Origin: Taishania pollutisoli
Lineage (GTDB): Bacteria; Bacteroidota; Bacteroidia; Flavobacteriales_D; Crocinitomicaceae
Direction: 5' to 3'
DNA length: 32,000 nucleotides
Assembly: GCF_014518315.1 (NCBI RefSeq)
Contig: NZ_JACVEL010000008.1
Coordinates: 48,016-80,015, forward strand
Below, in pieces: positions 19,376 to 26,746 of the stretch (position 1 is the stretch's first letter; every line of letters begins with the position of its first letter). The notes below the pieces were generated by a model. It searched no databases and was not told the origin of the DNA. It worked only from the letters and a program-made list of their open reading frames with translations. The position numbers and the translations under genes were made by a program.

Positions 19376-19864
19376 ATGAAAAACGGTAATATTCGCCCGG
19401 CAACAAAAGCTGATGCCCAAGTCATCGTAGAGTTGATCCGGCAACTGGCAGATTATGAAAAACTGTCCCATGAAGCAGTCATGACGCCCGAACTCATTGA
19501 GAAAAATGTGTTTGAAAATGGATATGCACATGTGTTGCTGGTTGAAGAAAATGAAGCAATCATCGGATTTGCGCTTTACTTTTTTAATTTTTCTACGTTT
19601 CTGGGAAAACCCGGATTATACCTGGAAGATCTTTTCATTGAACCGCAGCACCGAGGAAAAGGATATGGAAAACAACTACTGATCGAACTCGCACGGATTG
19701 CTGTTGAAAAAGAGTGCGGACGCATGGAATGGATTGTCCTCGACTGGAATACTCCTTCTATTGAATTTTACAAATCTTTGGGTGCTTTTCCGTTGGATGA
19801 ATGGGCGGTGTACCGACTTACTGAAGATAAAATGAGAATACTTGCGTCTGCTGACAGAAAATAA
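19376..19864 (+). CDS. GNAT-family N-acetyltransferase (diamine/spermidine acetyltransferase-like)
   Basis: Acetyl-CoA binding motif QHRGKGYGKQLL, SSAT-like overall layout, 162 aa. Confidence 0.8.
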   Translation: MKNGNIRPATKADAQVIVELIRQLADYEKLSHEAVMTPELIEKNVFENGYAHVLLVEENEAIIGFALYFFNFSTFLGKPGLYLEDLFIEPQHRGKGYGKQLLIELARIAVEKECGRMEWIVLDWNTPSIEFYKSLGAFPLDEWAVYRLTEDKMRILASADRK

Positions 19865-19901
19865 ATCTTACGAAAGCGTAAAATCCTCGCAACAAATACA
19901 C

Positions 19902-19909
19902 TAACTTTG
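19902..19909 (+). promoter_or_regulatory. -7 box (TAnnTTTG) upstream of the beta-helix T9SS gene
   Basis: Exact TAACTTTG, 39 nt before the ATG at 19949. Confidence 0.45.
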
Positions 19910-19948
19910 AAATAATCAAGGTGTTAATAAATTCACCCCGGTATTATT

Positions 19949-21841
19949 ATGAAAAAAATCAATGTGACGTTTTTACTACTGCTAGTAAGTTACCTGTCTG
20001 CTTTTTCACAACTTCCCGTTATCAATGGATGGACTCAATTCACCGTAAGTCCTGACACCCGAATTATTTATGTAAGTGATGTGGATGGAAATGATGCTAC
20101 TGCTGAATTTTATGCTCCGGGAGACAGTGAGGTTGGAAGTGATCCGTTTCTTCCATCCGGAACCGTTCAACCTTACAGAACCATCGACGCAGCAAAAGCA
20201 GCGCTTCGAGATGGGTTTCCTGACTGGATTTTATTGAAAAAAGGAGACGTATTCATCAATCAACATTTCGGCTTGATGAACATCAACGGAAAAAATGCTT
20301 CTGAACCAATGCTGATTGGAAGCTATGGCGTTTCTACTGAACGTCCGCGAATACTGACAGGAAGTGATAATCTGATTTCATTTACCGGAGCAGCTTCACA
20401 CATTGCTATTTCAGGATTGTACGCAGAACCACATACACGTGCAGGCAGCGACGAACCGAGTGCCATTAACATTCTCAATGCGCCCTTTCACTCATTTCTT
20501 GTTGAAGATTGTTATTTTAACCTGTTCTGTATTCACATTGTCGTACAGGATTACAGCGGTTCTTCCTCCTACAGTCACTCCGGATTTACAGTCCGAAGAA
20601 ACACCATTGTCAACGGATACCAAACCGGTGGCGGAGGCGGAGGTGTTTACATGCACCACATTGACAATATTCTTTTTGAAGAAAACCTGATTGATCACAA
20701 CGGTTGGAGTACAACGATTTCCGGAGCAGATGCAACAGGATTCAGCCACAACACCTATTTTCAATCCAGTTGCAGTAACCTGACATTTAAAGACAACATT
20801 GTTTCCCGTGCTTCGGCGGTAGGAATTGGTGCACGTTGTGGCGGAATTATTGAAAACAACCTGGCACTGTCCAATCCCCGCAACCTGTTTATAGGATCAT
20901 TTGATCCCTCTCAGATTAACTGGCCCACAGAAGGTGTGTCAGGAGAAGTAAAACACAATGTCATCCTCGGTGCGCGGATAGAGCCTTACGATCCCGGAAA
21001 CGGAATTACGATTGATCGGGTGCGGAATGTTGAAATCAGTGAAAATGTCGTTGCTCACTTTACGGAAACCGGAGCCTACAACACGGCTATTGGTCTGGAT
21101 CACATTGAAGATGTAGCGATCCGTCAAAACATTATTTACCGTTGGGGAAACAACCAGACATCAGGATTTGATTTTGCAGCGGGACTTCAATTCGGTACCA
21201 ATAAACAAGGCGTAATGCTCATTGATTCCAATGACATTCAGTTAGAAAATCCGCTGGCATATTGCGTCAATACCAATGGTTCTTTTTCCAATCTTACCTT
21301 TCGCGGTAACCGGTATCACAATGTTGTCAATGCACCTGACTGGTTTGCTGCCGGAAATTATACTTCCTGGGTAACAGCCAGTGGAGAAACGGGATCGTTA
21401 CAGTTGGATGTCACCTACCCGGATCCTGAACGGGATATTTCTACCTATTTGACAAGTATCGGAGAGACCGGCGGATTGGAAGAATTCATTACGTTGCGCA
21501 AACAGCTCAGTAAGAATAACTGGGATTCACGCTTTACCGCAATGACTGTAAACGATTATATCCGGGAAGGTTTTGGAGTAGCTTCGCTCAATACCGTATC
21601 ATTGGCTGCAATTTCTTCTCCGTCAGACATATTGCTATACCCGAATCCTGTTCAGGGAGGTGTTTTGACAATTGAATCAGCAGCTCCTGCATCCTATCTG
21701 ATTTGTGATCAGGTTGGTCGAACGGTTCAGTCAGGACAATTGGAAAAAGGAAAACAACACATTGACCTGACTGCACTTAAAAATGGTAGTTACCTCATCC
21801 GGATCAACGAGAAAAGCACACAGTTGATGATCAATCACTGA
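19949..21841 (+). CDS. secreted right-handed parallel beta-helix repeat protein with T9SS C-terminal sorting domain
   Basis: Signal peptide. Periodic xNxIxxN-type coils (FEENLIDHNGW, FKDNIVSRAS, IENNLALSN, VKHNVILGA, ISENVVAHF, IRQNIIYRWG). C-terminal LLYPNPVQGGVLTIES...LKNGSYLIRI tail. Confidence 0.75.
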   Translation: MKKINVTFLLLLVSYLSAFSQLPVINGWTQFTVSPDTRIIYVSDVDGNDATAEFYAPGDSEVGSDPFLPSGTVQPYRTIDAAKAALRDGFPDWILLKKGDVFINQHFGLMNINGKNASEPMLIGSYGVSTERPRILTGSDNLISFTGAASHIAISGLYAEPHTRAGSDEPSAINILNAPFHSFLVEDCYFNLFCIHIVVQDYSGSSSYSHSGFTVRRNTIVNGYQTGGGGGGVYMHHIDNILFEENLIDHNGWSTTISGADATGFSHNTYFQSSCSNLTFKDNIVSRASAVGIGARCGGIIENNLALSNPRNLFIGSFDPSQINWPTEGVSGEVKHNVILGARIEPYDPGNGITIDRVRNVEISENVVAHFTETGAYNTAIGLDHIEDVAIRQNIIYRWGNNQTSGFDFAAGLQFGTNKQGVMLIDSNDIQLENPLAYCVNTNGSFSNLTFRGNRYHNVVNAPDWFAAGNYTSWVTASGETGSLQLDVTYPDPERDISTYLTSIGETGGLEEFITLRKQLSKNNWDSRFTAMTVNDYIREGFGVASLNTVSLAAISSPSDILLYPNPVQGGVLTIESAAPASYLICDQVGRTVQSGQLEKGKQHIDLTALKNGSYLIRINEKSTQLMINH

Positions 21842-21954
21842 GAACTTCTTTCACAATTATTAAGATTTATCCTGTTGCAATGCATTACAATGTCGGTAGT
21901 TTTTTCTATTTTTAAGAAACAAAAGAACAACTTACATTTTTACATTTACAATAC

Positions 21955-22725
21955 ATGAAAACAAAAGAAGAAATCGTCAACAATTGGTTACCAAGATACA
22001 CAGGAGAAGAATTAGAGAATTTTGGTCAGTACATTTTACTGTGTAATTTTCACAATTACGTAGCTATTTTCGCAAAACAATTTGATGTTGAAATCAAAGG
22101 CATCGGAAAGCCGATGCAATGTGCAACAGCACACGGAATCACCATCATCAATTTTGGAATGGGTAGCGCCTCTGCGGCAACGTGTATGGATTTACTGTCT
22201 GCTATTCACCCGAAAGCAGTTTTATTTCTTGGGAAATGCGGCGGCTTGAAGAAAAAGAGTGAGGTCGGGGATTTAATTTTACCGATTGCAGCAATCAGAG
22301 GTGAAGGTGCCAGCTCGGATTACTTTCCACCGGAAGTCCCTGCTCTGCCCGCTTTTGCGTTGCAAAAAGCCATTTCAACAACCATTCGCGATCATGGAAG
22401 GGATTATTGGACAGGAACCTGTTACACCACCAACAGACGCGTTTGGGAACACGACGAAGATTTTAAGAATTACCTGAAAAAAATCCGTGCGATGGCAATT
22501 GACATGGAGACAGCAACGATTTTCAGCGTTGGCTTCTTCAATGAAATTCCTACAGGAGCATTGTTACTCGTATCCGATCAGCCGATGATCCCCGAAGGAG
22601 TGAAAACATCGGAAAGTGACAATAAAGTAACGGCTCATTTTGCAGAAGACCACGTTAAAATCGGAATTGACTCTCTGAAACAGCTGATTAACAACGGACA
22701 TACGGTCAAACACCTGAAATTCTAG
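21955..22725 (+). CDS. amn: AMP nucleosidase, short (catalytic-domain-only) form
   Basis: PNP/UDP-phosphorylase fold (ITIINFGMGSASAAT, FLGKCGGL, MAIDMETATIF). The N-terminus WLPRYTGEELENFGQYILLCNF is typical of Bacteroidota ~256-aa AMP nucleosidases. Confidence 0.75.
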   Translation: MKTKEEIVNNWLPRYTGEELENFGQYILLCNFHNYVAIFAKQFDVEIKGIGKPMQCATAHGITIINFGMGSASAATCMDLLSAIHPKAVLFLGKCGGLKKKSEVGDLILPIAAIRGEGASSDYFPPEVPALPAFALQKAISTTIRDHGRDYWTGTCYTTNRRVWEHDEDFKNYLKKIRAMAIDMETATIFSVGFFNEIPTGALLLVSDQPMIPEGVKTSESDNKVTAHFAEDHVKIGIDSLKQLINNGHTVKHLKF

Positions 22726-22758
22726 GCAGGTTCTGCGAATCGATTCGTGCCGGGGGAA

Positions 22759-23538
22759 TTAATTTCTATTGCGAATTTCATTCAACGCACCGTCCCACAG
22801 GTTAATACGTTGTTGCAGTGCCTGTATCACGGCCTGTTGTGCTTCTTCCCAATTGGAATCTGATTCACCGCACAAATTAGAAGTCATGTCCAGTGCCAAA
22901 TGACTGTGATGATCACCATCCACTTCGATGTGACGTTCCAGGTAATATTTGTAAATGGAGACACTTTCCGGGAATGTTTGTTCAATATCTTTTACGATGG
23001 AAATGAACATTTCAGGAATTAAGTCCTCGCGCCCGAATGTAAATACAGCCGACTGCAAATACGGTTTACCACTGTTTACCACTTCAAAAGTCGTGTTAAT
23101 GAAATCACGGATCGCCGGAGCTACATTTGCGGCTTCAAATGCTTGTTCAAAATCTCCGGTTTGTTTCATCACTTCCAAAAACGCTGTGATTTTTGTTGTA
23201 TCAGCACCACACTGTTGCATGGCTTCCAGGTACAACTCAAAATGGCTTTTACGGTTGCCTTCGTGATCCAGATCCGATTCTTCACCTGCAACGATTTCGT
23301 TGATCAGATAACGGGTGGTTCCATTACCAACGGGAAACCACGGAACGGTGGTACACGTCAGGTTGATTTGCAAAACTTTCAGTAAAGACATGAAATCCCA
23401 TACGGCAAATACATGGTATTCCATGAAAATCTTGAGGTCATCCAGACTTTTAACGGATGTATACAATTCGTGGTTAATAATCTGTTGTCGTAGTGGTTCG
23501 ATTGATTGATAAATCTGTTGTACGCGTTGTTCTGTCAT
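22759..23538 (-). CDS. DUF3050-like protein (heme-oxygenase-like helical fold)
   Basis: All-helical 259 aa. The N-terminal segment INHELYTSVKSLDDLKIFMEYHVFAVWDFMSLLK matches my memory of DUF3050. Several conserved-looking His/Glu clusters are present (HFELYLEAM, LERHIEVDGDHHSH). Confidence 0.55.
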   Translation of the reverse strand: MTEQRVQQIYQSIEPLRQQIINHELYTSVKSLDDLKIFMEYHVFAVWDFMSLLKVLQINLTCTTVPWFPVGNGTTRYLINEIVAGEESDLDHEGNRKSHFELYLEAMQQCGADTTKITAFLEVMKQTGDFEQAFEAANVAPAIRDFINTTFEVVNSGKPYLQSAVFTFGREDLIPEMFISIVKDIEQTFPESVSIYKYYLERHIEVDGDHHSHLALDMTSNLCGESDSNWEEAQQAVIQALQQRINLWDGALNEIRNRN

Positions 23539-23564
23539 AGTTCAACTAAAATCTGATAAGGGTG

Positions 23565-23572
23565 CAAAAGTA
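23565..23572 (-). promoter_or_regulatory. -7 box (TAnnTTTG) upstream of the DUF3050-like gene
   Basis: The plus strand reads CAAAAGTA, which is TACTTTTG on the minus strand, 26 nt before the start at 23538. Confidence 0.45.
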
Positions 23573-23630
23573 CATAATTACTGTGATACTTTCCTATCAA
23601 TCAGAGCAACATTCCCTTAAATAATATGCG

Positions 23631-24512
23631 TCAATAACTGGAAGTACTTCCCCCAATGTTTTCAACCGGATGCCAGGTTGTTTTCAACTCCATGCAATCC
23701 GTGATTTGATACAATCCCTGTGCGTCCGCTTTGCTCCAATCGGTCTGCATTTCGATCACGCGTTTCAAATTCAGCGCACTGCTTTTTCGCAGAGAAGCAT
23801 TCAGTTCTTTCGAATCCGATCCCAATACGATTGCGTTCACATCCATGTGTGTTCCCAAAACACTTGCAGGTTCGTCCGGTTTTCCTGTGAGAATATTCAC
23901 CACACCTCCGGGAACATCCGAAGAGTTGATCACTTCAGCAAACGTAACTGCACACAAGGGTAAGTTTTCAGCAGCGAGTACAACAACCGTATTTCCGCTC
24001 GCAATGACAGGAATTACCTGTGAAATTAAGCCAATCAGAGAAGTTGACTGATCCGCAATGATACCGATCACGCCCATTGGTTGATACACCGAAAAATTAA
24101 AATGTGATGATGTCACCGGATTCACGCTACCTGTCACCTGTGAAACTTTATCACACCATCCTGCATAATAAACCACACGATCGATACTTGCTTCCACTTC
24201 CTGCTGCGCCGCTTTTTGCGTGGATCCCTGCAATACCAGTTCTTCCACAAATTGTGCTTTTCTGCCTTCCAGCATTTCAGCTATGCGGTATAGGATCTGA
24301 CTTCTGTTGAAAGCTGCGCGCTCCGACCAGGATCCAAATGCTTTCCGGGCAGCAACCACCGCATTTTTTGCATCTTTTTTCGAACACAAACAGACATTAC
24401 CCAGTGGCTCCCCTTTTTTATTTAAAGGAACGTAATAACGACCTGATTCCGTTCTCGGAAATGCCCCTCCGATATAAATCTTATATGTTTTTATTATTTC
24501 CAAACGACTCAT
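23631..24512 (-). CDS. aldehyde dehydrogenase-like protein lacking the catalytic domain
   Basis: 293 aa. It aligns with the N-terminal cofactor-binding half of the neighbouring 488-aa ALDH (YIGG..., VVYYAGWCDK, GNTVVVL, PGGVVNILTG). It then jumps from the position of ELGG straight to the C-terminal tail. See the finding at 23631..24512. Confidence 0.8.
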   Translation of the reverse strand: MSRLEIIKTYKIYIGGAFPRTESGRYYVPLNKKGEPLGNVCLCSKKDAKNAVVAARKAFGSWSERAAFNRSQILYRIAEMLEGRKAQFVEELVLQGSTQKAAQQEVEASIDRVVYYAGWCDKVSQVTGSVNPVTSSHFNFSVYQPMGVIGIIADQSTSLIGLISQVIPVIASGNTVVVLAAENLPLCAVTFAEVINSSDVPGGVVNILTGKPDEPASVLGTHMDVNAIVLGSDSKELNASLRKSSALNLKRVIEMQTDWSKADAQGLYQITDCMELKTTWHPVENIGGSTSSY

Positions 24513-24514
24513 AG

Positions 24515-24684
24515 TTTTTAATTATCAAGTTTTTTAATTATCAATGCCTTGTAATTATCAATGCCTTGTAATTATCAATTATCAAAGGATTAATTATCAA
24601 AGGACGAGCCATACTGAAATTTCATTTCTGACATTTGATAATTGATAATTTAGTAATTGATAATTTAGTAATTGATCATTCAGT
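24515..24684. repeat. composite inverted-repeat block A (AATTATCAA copies, spacer, TTGATAATT copies)
   Basis: Exact AATTATCAA at 24520, 24536, 24553, 24570, 24577 and 24592. A 17-nt tandem TAATTATCAATGCCTTG lies at 24535..24579 (2.6 copies). Exact TTGATAATT at 24635, 24642 and 24657, with variant TTGATCATT at 24672. Segments 24570..24585 and 24635..24650 are perfectly complementary (16 bp). Confidence 0.9.
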
Positions 24685-24694
24685 ACTTATTCAT

Positions 24695-25096
24695 TCAACA
24701 TTTATAATTTTTACTTCTTTTCACATTTTCTTTCGTACGAATACTAATTGTTTTGATGATTTTAAGTAACTCCTCCGCTTCCTGACATAATGGTTGCAGT
24801 GTTTCTTTCTCTTCATCAATATATTCAATCAGTAATTCCATCCAATATATACTTTCATCACATTCTTTCTGGCAAATAGCCAGTTTATGTATAAAATCAG
24901 CTTTACTTTCTGCATTTTTCGCTTCTCTCATATTTGCTCCGACAGAAGTTGCAGATCGAAATAATTGATTTGTTATAATAAACTCTCTGTGCCTTTCTTT
25001 CAAATACTTACAGGTTCTTATCGTGTTTAATGCAAAATCGAAACTTCTTTCTTTTATATCTTTATTGAATTGACTCATAACGGGTTCCTTTTCCAT
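24695..25096 (-). CDS. four-helix-bundle protein (TIGR02436 / PF05635 '23S rRNA intervening sequence protein', Avd-related family)
   Basis: 133 aa. Family signature FRSATSVGANMREAKNAESKADFIHKLAICQKECDESIYWMELL. AT-rich. Flanked by repeat blocks. An alternative ATG is at 25078. Confidence 0.85.
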   Translation of the reverse strand: MEKEPVMSQFNKDIKERSFDFALNTIRTCKYLKERHREFIITNQLFRSATSVGANMREAKNAESKADFIHKLAICQKECDESIYWMELLIEYIDEEKETLQPLCQEAEELLKIIKTISIRTKENVKRSKNYKC

Positions 25097-25100
25097 TCAA

Positions 25101-25274
25101 GTTAATCAATAGTTTCTAATTATCAATGTCTTATGTTTATATTTTTTTAATTATCAATGGTTGAATTATCAGTTATCAATGGTTAAATTATCAAGTATTA
25201 AGACTGGTATCTCACTCCCACCACTTGATAATTGATAATTCAGTAATTGATAATTTAGTAATTGATCACTCAGT
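25101..25274. repeat. composite inverted-repeat block B (homologous to block A)
   Basis: Exact AATTATCAA at 25118, 25149 and 25186, with one-mismatch copies at 25101, 25164 and 25171. Exact TTGATAATT at 25225, 25232 and 25247, with variant TTGATCACT at 25262. Segment 25222..25274 matches 24632..24684 at 50 of 53 positions. Confidence 0.9.
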
Positions 25275-25276
25275 CT

Positions 25277-26734
25277 TTACTTCAAATACGCACTTAGCCC
25301 ATGCAATCCACCTTCTCTTCCGTATCCGCTTTCCTTGAATCCTCCGAACGGTGATGACGGATCAAAACGATTATAGGTGTTCCCCCAAACGACCCCTGCA
25401 TTTAACTTAGAAGTCAGGTTAAACAAACGGGAGCCTTTATCTGACCAAACTCCTGCTGCCAGTCCATACGGCGAATTATTTGCCTTTTGAATCACTTCAT
25501 CAACGGTACGGAATGTCTGAATCGTCAGTACGGGACCAAAAATTTCTTCCTGGGCAATGCGACTCGATTGTGCCACGTTTGTAAACAATGTTGGACGGCA
25601 ATAAAAACCATTCGCAGGAACCCTACATTCCGGTTGATACAGTTCTGCTCCTTCCTCCACTCCCAGTTGAATGTACTGATGAATTGTTTTTAATTGTTTC
25701 TCCGAATTAATTGCACCGATATCGGTGTTTTTGTCTAACGGATTCCCAACGATCAACGATTGCATCCGATCTTTGAGTTTACGCACAACTATATCAGCAA
25801 CATTTTCCTGAACAAACAAACGGGAGCCTGCACAGCAAACATGTCCCTGATTAAAGAAAATACCATTCACAATTCCTTCTACAGCCTGATCAATCGGTGC
25901 GTCATCCAGAATAATGTTGGCGGATTTCCCTCCCAGTTCCAATGTACATTTTTTGCCCATTTCCATTGCAATTTCGTGGATGCGTTTTCCAACAGGTGTT
26001 GATCCTGTAAAAGCAACTTTATCGACATCTTCGTGACGAACGATTGCTTCTCCGGTATCTCCATACCCGGTAACAATGTTTACAACCCCGTCAGGTAATC
26101 CTGCATCCCGGATCAATTCTGCCAGTTTCAATGCCGTCAACGGGGTGGTCTCAGCAGGTTTCAGTACCACTGTATTTCCACACGCTAACGCCGGTGCTAT
26201 TTTCCATGCAGCCATCAGCAACGGGAAATTCCACGGAATAATTTGCCCGGCAACTCCCAATGACTCTACTTTTCGGTTGGGAAATGCATATTCGAGTTTA
26301 TCCGCCCAACCCGCATAGTAGAAAAAGTGATTTGCAACCAGCGGAACATCTACATCACGGGATTCACGGATGGTTTTTCCTGCATCCAATGTTTCAATCA
26401 CAGCAAATTCACGCGCACGATCCTGAATCAATCGGGCAATACGAAACAGGTATTTTCCCCGTTCCTTACCAGACATATTCTTCCAGATCTCATTGTATGC
26501 CTTTCTTGCTGCTTTTACTGCTTTGTCCACATCTGTTTCATCTGCCTGCGCGATGGCAGCCAATACTTCTCCTGTTGCAGGATTAATGGTATCAAAATAT
26601 TTTCCGGAATGCGGTTTTACAAATTTACCTCCGATGAACAGATCATATTTTTTTTGAAGTTGAATGTGAGAGGTTCCTTCTAAAGAAGAAGAATAATTCC
26701 ATTCAATACCTTCTGTTTTTTTATTCTTTGCCAT
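25277..26734 (-). CDS. NAD(P)-dependent aldehyde dehydrogenase (full length)
   Basis: All canonical ALDH motifs are present: IIPWNFP, VVLKPAE, FTGST, LELGGKS, catalytic Cys in FFNQGHVCCAGSR, and EEIFGPV. The track start 26743 is TTG; the first ATG is at 26734, 12 nt after the deoC stop. Confidence 0.92.
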   Translation of the reverse strand: MAKNKKTEGIEWNYSSSLEGTSHIQLQKKYDLFIGGKFVKPHSGKYFDTINPATGEVLAAIAQADETDVDKAVKAARKAYNEIWKNMSGKERGKYLFRIARLIQDRAREFAVIETLDAGKTIRESRDVDVPLVANHFFYYAGWADKLEYAFPNRKVESLGVAGQIIPWNFPLLMAAWKIAPALACGNTVVLKPAETTPLTALKLAELIRDAGLPDGVVNIVTGYGDTGEAIVRHEDVDKVAFTGSTPVGKRIHEIAMEMGKKCTLELGGKSANIILDDAPIDQAVEGIVNGIFFNQGHVCCAGSRLFVQENVADIVVRKLKDRMQSLIVGNPLDKNTDIGAINSEKQLKTIHQYIQLGVEEGAELYQPECRVPANGFYCRPTLFTNVAQSSRIAQEEIFGPVLTIQTFRTVDEVIQKANNSPYGLAAGVWSDKGSRLFNLTSKLNAGVVWGNTYNRFDPSSPFGGFKESGYGREGGLHGLSAYLK

Positions 26735-26746
26735 ATCATTCAAGCA

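Noticed and set aside
24635-24665. GATAAT repeats resemble Fur-box hexamers (GATAATGATAATCATTATC), and TTATCAA resembles part of a DnaA box. A Fur-family gene is in the window.
   Set aside because: The spacing is 7 and 15 nt rather than 6. The copies within an arm are direct, not the 7-1-7 inverted arrangement. There are far more copies than in an operator, and the flanking genes are not iron-related. The DnaA box core (TTATCCACA) is not matched, and no dnaA or replication genes are nearby.
24695-25096. Considered whether the Avd-related protein marks a diversity-generating retroelement.
   Set aside because: There is no reverse transcriptase ORF and no template/variable repeat pair with adenine-specific differences anywhere in the 32 kb. 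The protein alone is not diagnostic.
24515-25274. Considered whether the repeated 9-mers and 17-mers form a CRISPR array.
   Set aside because: The units are 9-17 nt, AT-rich, contiguous or separated by only a few bases, and present in both orientations. There are no ~30-nt unique spacers and no cas genes.
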